A stretch of DNA of 32,000 bases. Origin: Nitrosopumilus sp. (GTDB taxonomy: Archaea > Thermoproteota > Nitrososphaeria > Nitrososphaerales > Nitrosopumilaceae). Where the stretch lies: NCBI GenBank assembly GCA_029862745.1, contig JAOTWS010000004.1, positions 10,250 through 42,249 on the forward strand, given 5' to 3'. Position numbers and translations under genes: made by a program. The stretch's first letter is position 1, and every line of letters begins with the position of its first letter. Below the pieces are notes generated by a model that did not search any database, had not been told where the DNA came from, and was given only the letters and a program-made list of their open reading frames with translations. Of the stretch, positions 1-8,064 are shown piece after piece.

Positions 1-4
1 AGCA

Positions 5-367
5 TTGGATTACGAAAAATTTTGTTCGCAAATTTTAGAGGCAGAACCTAAAATTCGATTTGCGACTGTTTATGATGAATGGGCCGCTCATGTAGGTGGA
101 GGTATGCGAAAAGGTTTAAAGAATTTACTTTCAGAGCATGCAGAAAATGAATTAGTCAATCTATCTGTTCTAGATTGGAAGGCAAGAAAGGACATGGCAA
201 AATGGCTTGGTAAAACCATCTACACTTTGGCAGAATATGATAAGGTAAAGCGATTTTCATTTTATTTGGGAGATGAACATTTACTTCTTGTTAGTACTGA
301 AAGAGATTGTAATACCAACGACATAGTTGAGAAAGTGATTCAACTATATTATGAAAACCAAGAATAA
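5..367 (+). CDS. hypothetical protein (may be 5'-partial, since the frame is open to the window edge)
   Basis: 120-codon ORF with a TTG start at position 5. It contains no motif I recognise. Coding is supported only by length and by non-overlap with neighbouring genes. Confidence 0.45.
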   Translation: MDYEKFCSQILEAEPKIRFATVYDEWAAHVGGGMRKGLKNLLSEHAENELVNLSVLDWKARKDMAKWLGKTIYTLAEYDKVKRFSFYLGDEHLLLVSTERDCNTNDIVEKVIQLYYENQE

Positions 368-378
368 CTAATTAATTT

Positions 379-762
379 TTAGTTGATTTTAATTGATGTT
401 CCATCAATTTTTTTTGGAATTTTAATTTCTAATCTTCCTTTTTCAAACTTGGAGGTGATTTTTTTACTGTCTATTTTGCCAGGTAACGAAACTGATTTTT
501 TAAAATACTCAAATTTTGTAATTTTACCTAGTTTTTCTTCTGAATATGTCTCTTTTAGCTTTGCCTCTACGGTGATAGTATTTTGATTAAAAATAACATT
601 AATGTTTTCGCTACCAACCATCGGAAGATCAAATTCCACCATCCAGTAATTCTCATACTCCCTTAGAGATGAAAGTGGTGAAAGACTTCTTTGTTCAATA
701 TCATCTAGTATTGGCGTCATAAATGGTAGTGTCATTTTAAATTCAAAATCATTGTTCCTCAT
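379..762 (-). CDS. small heat shock protein, Hsp20/alpha-crystallin family
   Basis: The protein is 127 aa. It has an alpha-crystallin-domain pattern (YWMVEFDLPMVGSENINVIF...ITVEAK...F.KSVSLPGKID...ITSKFEKGRLEIKIPKK) typical of the Hsp20 family. Confidence 0.85.
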   Translation of the reverse strand: MRNNDFEFKMTLPFMTPILDDIEQRSLSPLSSLREYENYWMVEFDLPMVGSENINVIFNQNTITVEAKLKETYSEEKLGKITKFEYFKKSVSLPGKIDSKKITSKFEKGRLEIKIPKKIDGTSIKIN

Positions 763-766
763 ATTA

Positions 767-1528
767 TCACCTGTAGATTTGAGGGGCCCTCGTACCTTGT
801 TCTTGATTATGCTGTAGTGTTCTAATTGTTTCTTCCATTAAATTCCTATATTGAATTCGAAGCTTGTCCATGCGGTTTTGAATATCTTGTGTTTCTATTT
901 GTACATCTAAAATTTTTGCAAGTGTTTCTATTGCAATAATTGATGCTTCCGGATCTGGAAAGAATGGATGGCATTCTGCATAGAGTATTAGTACGGGGAT
1001 CTTTAACTTTCTGAAAACTGAAATTATGGCAGCATCCACTCCAAAAATATTCCCTTCTAAAAATTTTGGAATTTCGTTGTTGTATAGGATATTTTCCAGT
1101 ATTTGATCAGTAACAAGACCGTATAGTTTCAGAGTCTCTTTTGATTGATTTATTGAACCCATTCCACTAACAATTATTATTTTTTTTATTCCATTTTTTT
1201 GGCAAAACTTATGAGCAGCATAAGCAAATCCTTCTGCTAAATATTGATTAAATGGTACTTCTGATATGACAATGAAGATATTTTTCTTATTGTAAACTCT
1301 TATGGGTCCAAGAATCTTTCCTTCCTCTACAAACAAAGCTGCCGGAAGATCTTTGACGTCAATTTCTCCAACATACTTCATTTTTAGATGATGAATAAGA
1401 TAAGATATTGAAAAAGTGCCAACTAGGCCATTACTTGGAAAACCTACAAGTAACGTATTTTCTTGAGGATCCGGTTTTGTAATATTCATTAGATTTTCCT
1501 CAACAGATGTTGGTAATAAAAAAGACAT
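767..1528 (-). CDS. PAC2-family (proteasome assembly chaperone-like) protein
   Basis: The protein is 253 aa. The N-terminal LVGFPSNGLVGTFSISYLI motif and the overall length resemble archaeal PAC2/DUF75 family proteins. The family call is from memory. Confidence 0.65.
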   Translation of the reverse strand: MSFLLPTSVEENLMNITKPDPQENTLLVGFPSNGLVGTFSISYLIHHLKMKYVGEIDVKDLPAALFVEEGKILGPIRVYNKKNIFIVISEVPFNQYLAEGFAYAAHKFCQKNGIKKIIIVSGMGSINQSKETLKLYGLVTDQILENILYNNEIPKFLEGNIFGVDAAIISVFRKLKIPVLILYAECHPFFPDPEASIIAIETLAKILDVQIETQDIQNRMDKLRIQYRNLMEETIRTLQHNQEQGTRAPQIYR

Positions 1529-1591
1529 CCATTCTCAAAAATGAGATCAACTAAAACAATATAATTAATTCTATAATAATTAGGTAATATC

Positions 1592-2011
1592 ATGATAAAT
1601 CCAGAGTTGATAAAACTACTTGAAACAAATAATATTTTAGACATTCTTAGAGAATCTGTTGTATATCAATTACAAAAAATTCACAGTGTTGAAAAAACAA
1701 ATGAGGGGCGTGATTGGTATCAAGAACTACCTGCAATCGTAAGAACAAAATTTGATTGCTACAAAGCCGATTATGAGAATCTTTCAAGAATTCTCAACTC
1801 AGAATATGATCAAATGATGACTGAAATGAACAAGGGGTACTATTATTGGAGATTAGTACGTTCAGCATGTAATACATATCAAAATGATTTGGTAGAATAC
1901 GATCAACAATTAAATCAAGAATTCAACATGCAAAAGACTGAGGCAATTTCAGACAACACTGTACTTCATGAATGCATTGGTGTTTTAGATCAACATGCAA
2001 TTGATAAATAG
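1592..2011 (+). CDS. hypothetical protein
   Basis: 139-codon ATG ORF lying divergent from the PAC2 gene. No recognisable motif. Confidence 0.5.
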   Translation: MINPELIKLLETNNILDILRESVVYQLQKIHSVEKTNEGRDWYQELPAIVRTKFDCYKADYENLSRILNSEYDQMMTEMNKGYYYWRLVRSACNTYQNDLVEYDQQLNQEFNMQKTEAISDNTVLHECIGVLDQHAIDK

Positions 2012-2083
2012 AATTATCTTAAATGAATTCTGCATAGTCAGTGGATTAATTCACGGTTGAATCTTTTTATGAGATTATATTAA

Positions 2084-2620
2084 ATGAAACATGTGGAAGT
2101 AAAATCAGAAAAATCAATCAAGGAGTATCTAAGAGCCCTTCCTGATGATACCATAATCAAATACTATCTTGATGTAGAGTATAGTCCATTTCCTATTTTA
2201 CTAATGGAAGAATATACAAGAAGATTCAAGCGTAAGACTAAAGGTCAGATCATCAAGGATCTAAAGTTACAAACACGTCTTGCACAAAAGAAAACCCAGG
2301 ATTTAGGCAAAATGGCAAAAAAATACAAGATTTTAGATGATATTACTAGAGAAAAGTCTGAAGAAGTAATTCAACATGCAAAAAAAAGTGGGTATCACAT
2401 TAGCAAAACAATTGCCAAAAAGGGTTCTATCATAGGATCAAAACTAAAAAAGAAAACAAGATCTGGTATAAGATCTGGCATAAATGCCGGAAAGAATCTT
2501 CAAGATTCTTCACAAAAGGAATTGGATTTATTAAAAAAACTCGGAGATTTGAAAAAATCTGGAATTATAACAAATAAAGAGTTCCAAGAAAAAAAGAAAA
2601 AAATTCTTGCCAAGGTATAG
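2084..2620 (+). CDS. Lys-rich protein with a C-terminal SHOCT-like domain
   Basis: The C-terminus LDLLKKLGDLKKSGIITNKEFQEKKKKIL matches the SHOCT short C-terminal domain pattern (L..L..L...G.IT..EF...K..L). Confidence 0.6.
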   Translation: MKHVEVKSEKSIKEYLRALPDDTIIKYYLDVEYSPFPILLMEEYTRRFKRKTKGQIIKDLKLQTRLAQKKTQDLGKMAKKYKILDDITREKSEEVIQHAKKSGYHISKTIAKKGSIIGSKLKKKTRSGIRSGINAGKNLQDSSQKELDLLKKLGDLKKSGIITNKEFQEKKKKILAKV

Positions 2621-2762
2621 ACTTGCAAATCCTTCCGGGTGACAGGTTCTACTGATGAATCAAAAGACGAATAGAATGAAATTAGTAAATTTAGAATATA
2701 CTTGAGTGGATTAAATGAATATTTTACAAATTTCTTAAATATCATTATTTTGAAGGTAAACA

Positions 2763-3161
2763 ATGAGTCGTGAAGATTTCAATAAATCCTCTATCCTAGT
2801 CAAAGACATTATGACAAAGGCTTTGATCTCAGTGAATTTGAGTACTATCTCATTTCAAATTGCTAAAATGATGCAACAAGGAGGAATAGGAGCAATAATT
2901 GTCAAGGAAAATGAAAATCCTGTTGGCGTTGTAACAGATAGAGATTTTGCTACAAGAATTGCAGCAAACAAGCTCCCCTTTGAAACTCCAGCAGAAAAGA
3001 TAATGTCTTCGCCGCTAATTTCAATTAATCATGATAGTACAATATCTGAAGCAGCGGAAATGATGAATAGTAAGAAAATCAGAAAACTTGCAGTTACTGA
3101 AAATAATAAAATCATTGGAATTATCACATCAACTGACTTGGTAAATCAGCTTGCAAAATAA
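2763..3161 (+). CDS. CBS domain pair protein
   Basis: The protein is 132 aa with two CBS repeats (VKDIMTK..ISV...GAIIV..ENENPVGVVTDRDF and KIMSSPLISIN...KIRKLAVTENNKIIGIITSTDLV). Confidence 0.85.
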   Translation: MSREDFNKSSILVKDIMTKALISVNLSTISFQIAKMMQQGGIGAIIVKENENPVGVVTDRDFATRIAANKLPFETPAEKIMSSPLISINHDSTISEAAEMMNSKKIRKLAVTENNKIIGIITSTDLVNQLAK

Positions 3162-3587
3162 CTAAAATGTTCTAGTCTTTCTAAGAAACACGGTTACTGA
3201 CACCATATAGCAAACTGTTGCAATTATTTCAGAAATTATTGATGCAAGATACGGTTCTATTCCAATTTCAAGAAAATAATACAGTGTTGGCCATCTTATC
3301 ACAAGATATACTATCTCACCTAGCCCAAAAGATGAGATTAATGCAAATAATTCTTTTTTGATTAAATTAGATTTCATTCCCCTGTATCGTTCAATATTAT
3401 CCCAATAAAACAAACTAGAGAAAATTCCAAAGTATACGACATAACCAACAATGATGGTAATTGTTGCAGTAAGATAATTATCGTAATCAGATAATAATTG
3501 CGCAGTTACTGCGGATATAGATGCCGATACAACAAAGCAAATTAGAAAATTCCTATTAATTTTGAGTAAGTGTTGATTTAATTTCAT
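3162..3587 (-). CDS. integral membrane protein (about 4 TM, possibly GtrA-like)
   Basis: The protein is 141 aa with four hydrophobic segments. The GtrA-like assignment rests only on size and topology. Its stop codon directly abuts the CBS gene stop. Confidence 0.5.
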   Translation of the reverse strand: MKLNQHLLKINRNFLICFVVSASISAVTAQLLSDYDNYLTATITIIVGYVVYFGIFSSLFYWDNIERYRGMKSNLIKKELFALISSFGLGEIVYLVIRWPTLYYFLEIGIEPYLASIISEIIATVCYMVSVTVFLRKTRTF

Positions 3588-3636
3588 GAATATTTTTTGA
3601 AAGTACTAATATTTTGTGTTAACGATGAGGTTAGTA

Positions 3637-4191
3637 ATGAAAAATAGATGTGAATGGGCAAAAGATGAGCCTAACATAACATACCACGACAAAGAATGGG
3701 GTGTACCGCAACATGATGATACAAAACTCTTTGAATTTCTAATTCTAGAAGGAGCCCAAGCTGGTCTGTCTTGGAGTACTATTCTTAAGCGAAGAGATGG
3801 TTATAGAAAGGCATTTTCTAATTTTGATATACTCAAAGTTTCAAAATACAATAAAACACAGGTGGAAAAACTACTCAAAAATGAATCAATTATTCGAAAT
3901 AAACTGAAAATTAATTCTGCTATTAATAATGCAAAACAGTTTCTCAAGATTCAAAAAGAATATGGCTCATTTGATAATTATCTATGGAGTTTTGTAAATC
4001 ACAGACCAATCAAAAATAAATACAAAAAACTCTCAGATATTCCTGCATCTAATGAAATTTCAGAGAAGATAAGTAAGGATCTTAAAAAAAATGGGTTTAG
4101 TTTTGTTGGACCTACCATTTGTTATGCATTAATGCAGGCAATAGGAATGGTAGATGATCATATTGTTAGCTGTTTTAGGTACCAAAAATAA
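3637..4191 (+). CDS. tag: DNA-3-methyladenine glycosylase I
   Basis: MKNRCEWAKDEPNITYHDKEWGVPQHDDTKLFEFLILEGAQAGLSWSTILKRR aligns closely with the Tag N-terminus (C-W...Y.YHD.EWG.P..D...LFE...LEG.QAGLSW). I chose the ATG at 3637; the ORF is open from 3616. Confidence 0.9.
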   Translation: MKNRCEWAKDEPNITYHDKEWGVPQHDDTKLFEFLILEGAQAGLSWSTILKRRDGYRKAFSNFDILKVSKYNKTQVEKLLKNESIIRNKLKINSAINNAKQFLKIQKEYGSFDNYLWSFVNHRPIKNKYKKLSDIPASNEISEKISKDLKKNGFSFVGPTICYALMQAIGMVDDHIVSCFRYQK

Positions 4192-4218
4192 TTTAACCCA
4201 GATAAATTACTCTATTTC

Positions 4219-4590
4219 ATGGTAAACGGAAAATTTGCTACATCCATTACATGTATGGATGGACGAATACAGATTCCAATTATTGAATGGATTAAAAAAA
4301 ACTATGATGTAGATTTTGTTGATACAATTACTGAGCCGGGGGTTGACAAGAAAATCTCAGAAGATTCTGTTTTTAAATCCATAAAAACAAAAGCTGAAAT
4401 TTCAATTAATGCCCACAAATCTAGCATGATTTTTATCTCAGGACATTATGATTGCGCAGGAAATCCAGTATCTAATGACGAACATAAATTGCATATCAAA
4501 AAAGGTGTTGAAATGATCAAAAAATGGAATTCTGAAATTTCAGTGGTAGGTCTCTGGATAAATGACAAGTGGGCTGTTGAAACTGTATGA
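4219..4590 (+). CDS. short beta-carbonic-anhydrase-like protein (function unproven)
   Basis: The protein is 123 aa. ITCMDGRI (CxDxR) and ISGHYDCAG (HxxC) match the beta-CA zinc-ligand motifs with similar spacing. The RNAGN-type motif is replaced by TITEPG, and the chain is much shorter than known beta-CAs. Confidence 0.5.
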   Translation: MVNGKFATSITCMDGRIQIPIIEWIKKNYDVDFVDTITEPGVDKKISEDSVFKSIKTKAEISINAHKSSMIFISGHYDCAGNPVSNDEHKLHIKKGVEMIKKWNSEISVVGLWINDKWAVETV

Positions 4591-4663
4591 TCTTCTAATT
4601 GTTTGTATTACTTTAATTTGTTTTCCAAGAACTAGTAACGTAATGGCATGTCAATTTGAAAAA

Positions 4664-4693
4664 TTTTAGATTATATGCACGAATTTTGCGTGC
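4664..4693 (+). promoter_or_regulatory. putative TATA box (TTTAGATTATAT) followed by an inverted repeat GCACG-N7-CGTGC upstream of the Nramp gene
   Basis: An A/T-rich BRE/TATA-like element lies at 4664-4675. A 5 bp inverted repeat at 4677-4693 sits between it and the start codon at 4703, which is the position typical of archaeal repressor operators on leaderless genes. Confidence 0.3.
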
Positions 4694-4702
4694 TTTTTGA
4701 GT

Positions 4703-5977
4703 ATGATTAATGAAAGATTATCTGCATTTTCAAAGACTGCAGGGCCAGGAATTTTATTTGCCTGCACTGCAATTGGTGTCTCTCATTTGGTACAGTCAAC
4801 TAGGGCAGGTGCTGATTTTGGTTTAATGATAGTAGGATTTGTAATCTTGGTAAATTTGTTGAAATATCCTTTCTTTGAATATGGTTCTCGTTATGCAAAC
4901 GCTACACAAACAAGTATCATTGACGGTTACAGTCAACTTGGCAAACCTGCACTATGGTTATATTTTCTATTAACAATTCTTTCAATGTTTTTTGTAACAG
5001 GAGCTGTAGGATTTGTTACTGCAGGGTTTTTTGAGAATCTTTTTGGCATTGATTTTCTTGGAGAGTGGACCATAGTAATTTTGTTTGTAGTTTGTGTAGG
5101 AATATTGATAATTGGAAAATACAATATTCTTGATAGTTTAATTAAAGTAATTGCAATTGTATTATTGGTTTCTACAGTTGCTGCTTTTCTGTTTTCCATA
5201 TACAATGGTCCAATAGAACAGGTGTCAGGATTTGAACCAAAACAACTATTAGATATTTCTGGAATATTTTTTCTGCTTGCCTTAATGGGATGGATGCCTA
5301 CTGCAGTTGATCTTTCAAGTTGGAATAGTCTGTGGACCTTGGAGCGAATGAAACAAACAAAATACAAACCACATCTAAAAGAAACTCTTTTTGAATTTAG
5401 ATTGGGTTATTTTATAACAAGTGTTCTTGCAGTAATGTTTGTCATACTTGGAACTTTTATCTTCTATGGTTCAGGCGAGGAATTACCAAACAATAATTCA
5501 GATTTTGCACATAAAGTAGTAACGCTATACACTAAGACAATTGGTGATTGGAGTTACATCATAATTGCAGCTTCAGCATTTTCCGTAATGTTTGGAACAA
5601 TCATTGCGGTATTTGATGGATACTCCAGGTCCTTGCAACGAACTATTGAATTAATTTTTTTCAAAAAAGGGGATAAAATACGCATGAAATTTCGTACATT
5701 TTACACTGCATTATTAATAATTATTGCATCTGGTTCTTTTTTGGTAATATCTCAATTTGGAGATAATCTCAAAGAACTAGTTGACTTTGCAACTGTTTTA
5801 TCATTTGTAATTGCTCCTATAATTGCCATTTTTAATGTTAAACTCGTAAATGGCAAGTTTCTTGATAAAAAGTACCAACCATCAGTTTTCTTAAAAATTT
5901 TAAGTTATACAGGAATTATCTTTCTAAGCGGATTTGCCATATTATTTTTAATTATAAAATTTTTTTCAGGACTTTAA
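4703..5977 (+). CDS. mntH: Nramp-family divalent metal (Mn2+/Fe2+) transporter
   Basis: GPGILFACTAIGVSHLVQSTRAGADFG near the N-terminus matches the Nramp signature region. The protein has about 11 hydrophobic segments. The ORF is open from TTG 4697 and the first ATG is at 4703. Confidence 0.8.
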   Translation: MINERLSAFSKTAGPGILFACTAIGVSHLVQSTRAGADFGLMIVGFVILVNLLKYPFFEYGSRYANATQTSIIDGYSQLGKPALWLYFLLTILSMFFVTGAVGFVTAGFFENLFGIDFLGEWTIVILFVVCVGILIIGKYNILDSLIKVIAIVLLVSTVAAFLFSIYNGPIEQVSGFEPKQLLDISGIFFLLALMGWMPTAVDLSSWNSLWTLERMKQTKYKPHLKETLFEFRLGYFITSVLAVMFVILGTFIFYGSGEELPNNNSDFAHKVVTLYTKTIGDWSYIIIAASAFSVMFGTIIAVFDGYSRSLQRTIELIFFKKGDKIRMKFRTFYTALLIIIASGSFLVISQFGDNLKELVDFATVLSFVIAPIIAIFNVKLVNGKFLDKKYQPSVFLKILSYTGIIFLSGFAILFLIIKFFSGL

Positions 5978-6108
5978 ATGCAGCATCATAGTAATTATTA
6001 TCTGAAATTTGTTACAAAGAGTTAGTCATATGTTAAGGCATACCTCAAAACTACTGTCCAAAATTTTAGTAAGTTATTTTAATGGAAAAAACTTAGTCAT
6101 ACAAAGTA

Positions 6109-6630
6109 ATGAAAATTTCTAAAACCATGCAAAATGCACTTAACAATCAGATTGCCTTAGAGGCAAATGCATCTAATAGCTATTTGGCAATGGCATCCTG
6201 GTGTGAGGTCACAGGGTATCAAGGAGGCGCTAGTTTCTTTTATGCCCAGGCTGAAGAAGAGAGGACACATATGCTAAAGATCGTTCACTATATGAACAAC
6301 TTAGGTGTCGCAGCAACAATTCCTGCAACAAAGATTCCTGCAAGCAATTACAAATCTTTGGAATCTATTTTGAAGACTGCCTTAAGTAGTGAGCAGGCTG
6401 TTACTAGCGCAATCCACAAAATGGTTGAAATTGCACAAAAAGAAAAAGATCATTCTACATATGCATTTCTAGAATGGTTTGTCAATGAGCAAGTACAAGA
6501 AGAAGCAAAGTTTGAAACTTTGATACAAAAGTTTGAACTTATTGGAAGAGACAAACTTGCAATAAATGAAATTGATAAAATTCTTGCAGCCGATGCCGCC
6601 GCAGCTCCTGCTGACACTCCTGCTGTTTAG
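6109..6630 (+). CDS. ftn: ferritin (Ftn-type, ferritin-like di-iron domain)
   Basis: LNNQIALEANASNSYLAMASW...FFYAQAEEERTHMLKIVHYMN carries the ferroxidase E...ExxH pattern of non-haem ferritins. The C-terminal tail is Ala/Pro-rich. Confidence 0.85.
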   Translation: MKISKTMQNALNNQIALEANASNSYLAMASWCEVTGYQGGASFFYAQAEEERTHMLKIVHYMNNLGVAATIPATKIPASNYKSLESILKTALSSEQAVTSAIHKMVEIAQKEKDHSTYAFLEWFVNEQVQEEAKFETLIQKFELIGRDKLAINEIDKILAADAAAAPADTPAV

Positions 6631-6634
6631 AATA

Positions 6635-6643
6635 TTTTTTTTT
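6635..6643 (+). terminator. T9 run immediately after the ferritin stop codon
   Basis: Oligo-T tracts act as archaeal intrinsic termination signals. This T9 run starts 5 nt after the stop codon. Confidence 0.4.
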
Positions 6644-6680
6644 CTAAAATAATTAATACTTCATTATTTCTAGCCATTTC

Positions 6681-7013
6681 ATGACAGTCACAGTAACTAG
6701 AAAACCTGGAGGAATCACACAATTATTCAACACTGAAACTGGACGGGTTACCTACAAGTGTAAGGCAGAATCGGCATTTATGTTAATTGAGGCATTTGGA
6801 GGTATCGTCAGATTTAACAAAAAAGGAGCGATAGCAACCGTAACTGGACACATCACATCCATTGAATCATGTGATGTAATCAAGAAAGGTCACTCAGATT
6901 ACAAAGATGCGCTAAATAATATTATCTCTGCACATAAGGAATTTGCACAAAATATATCTAATTCTTACCAAAAAGAGATTCAAGATCTTGAAAACAAGTT
7001 ATCGGCTCTTTAA
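6681..7013 (+). CDS. hypothetical protein
   Basis: 110-codon ATG ORF with no recognisable motif. Confidence 0.5.
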   Translation: MTVTVTRKPGGITQLFNTETGRVTYKCKAESAFMLIEAFGGIVRFNKKGAIATVTGHITSIESCDVIKKGHSDYKDALNNIISAHKEFAQNISNSYQKEIQDLENKLSAL

Positions 7014-7155
7014 TTTTTGAATTCTTTACAATTACATCCAGTTACTATGCATTTTCCTTTTCCATCCAAATGAATGGAATGATCATGATAGCATCCTATA
7101 TCTTTATTATTACATTTCAAGTTGTGATTTTGATTGGAGCCTACATCTTTTTAAT

Positions 7156-7329
7156 TTAACCATAAATCATACAGTGCTCACATTCACAAACTTCTTGCTG
7201 CTTTGCTTTTTTTAGACATTTTTTATGTTGGCCTGCTTGGCATTGAACACAGATCTCATCAATGTTATCCACACTTGTATATTTTTTAGATTGATCAAAT
7301 CCAAATCCTCCATCTTTTGGTCCTACCAT
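7156..7329 (-). CDS. small Cys-rich protein (57 aa), putative zinc-binding
   Basis: My own translation, absent from the ORF track because it is under 60 aa: MVGPKDGGFGFDQSKKYTSVDNIDEICVQCQAGQHKKCLKKAKQQEVCECEHCMIYG. It has a CxxC...C...CxCxxC pattern and lies co-directional with the flanking small genes. Confidence 0.4.
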   Translation of the reverse strand: MVGPKDGGFGFDQSKKYTSVDNIDEICVQCQAGQHKKCLKKAKQQEVCECEHCMIYG

Positions 7330-7363
7330 ATTCTAACTACATTTATGTTCTATTTTTACCTCA

Positions 7364-7663
7364 CTAATGGATTGTAGTTCTAATAGTGTCTTGTAATTCT
7401 TTTTTATGAGTTTCAATAATTCCTCTTATTTCAAATGTATCTATGTAACCACCAGCTGATGCTCGTGTTGCTTTAAGTAAATAATGTAATGATCCCTCCT
7501 CAATCTTTCCAACATAATATCCATATAGAAAATCTACTTCATCCACACATTTCCAAATTTTTTTGATATTTGGAAATGTTTGCTTAATTTCAGTAGGAAT
7601 CTCTCTAATTCTTCTTTTTATGTATTCATCAAGTGATCTTCGGATTGTAGAGTTTTGTAGCAT
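7364..7663 (-). CDS. hypothetical protein
   Basis: 99-codon ATG ORF with no recognisable motif. Confidence 0.5.
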   Translation of the reverse strand: MLQNSTIRRSLDEYIKRRIREIPTEIKQTFPNIKKIWKCVDEVDFLYGYYVGKIEEGSLHYLLKATRASAGGYIDTFEIRGIIETHKKELQDTIRTTIH

Positions 7664-7689
7664 CAGATCTATTTTACCTGTACTTACTT

Positions 7690-7836
7690 TTAGTCCTTGT
7701 TTTCTTTGTCTGATTTTTTGCTTTCAGGTTTATCCCACATGTGCATGGTTCCTCGTATCATAAATGAACCTACTACTATAGCTACCAATCCCCCAACTAT
7801 GAATAAAAAAAATTTACCGATATCTCTGATGTTCAT
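7690..7836 (-). CDS. small single-TM protein (48 aa)
   Basis: My own base-by-base translation: MNIRDIGKFFLFIVGGLVAIVVGSFMIRGTMHMWDKPESKKSDKENKD. It has one hydrophobic helix and a charged tail. A TATA-like AGTTATAAC lies about 30 nt upstream. Confidence 0.35.
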   Translation of the reverse strand: MNIRDIGKFFLFIVGGLVAIVVGSFMIRGTMHMWDKPESKKSDKENKD

Positions 7837-7924
7837 CACAATCACCATTACCACATTTGTCTAGTTATAACTATCTACAAAAACTCAATTAGATTCAATA
7901 GTGAGTTTAAAACTCCCACTTCAT

Positions 7925-8023
7925 ATGTCTAAAATTAAACAAATTGTTGCTTGGGTTGCAATTATTGGAGGAGGGATCGCATTTTTCTTCTTTTCTCAAT
8001 TCATGGCTGAAGTTATGCGATAA
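7925..8023 (+). CDS. small single-TM peptide (32 aa)
   Basis: My own translation: MSKIKQIVAWVAIIGGGIAFFFFSQFMAEVMR. A TATA-like GTTTAAAAC lies about 20 nt upstream, and the ORF is divergent from the 48 aa ORF. Confidence 0.3.
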   Translation: MSKIKQIVAWVAIIGGGIAFFFFSQFMAEVMR

Positions 8024-8064
8024 TTTTGAAAATTAATACATCCTATTAATTTTAAATAATCATA

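Noticed and set aside
2651-2657. C-box-like CTGATGA in the 2621-2762 spacer, and ATGATGA on the minus strand at ~12745-12751, as possible C/D box sRNAs
   Set aside because: No matching D box (CTGA), C'/D' pair or terminal stem lies at the right spacing. The second hit sits immediately upstream of the elp3 start codon, and a single 7-mer is expected by chance.
4933-5367. 144 aa minus-strand ORF inside the Nramp gene
   Set aside because: It is fully antisense to a transporter gene with a clear family signature and TM pattern, and it has no motif of its own. Long antisense ORFs like this occur by chance opposite genuine genes.
7070-7159. 29 aa hydrophobic plus-strand ORF (MNGMIMIASYIFIITFQVVILIGAYIFLI)
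   Set aside because: It is antisense to the candidate 36 aa Cys/His-rich ORF, and I cannot decide between the two from sequence alone. Ile/Phe-rich peptides arise readily as the antisense of Lys/Asn-rich AT-rich coding. It is mentioned only as an alternative within the small-ORF finding.
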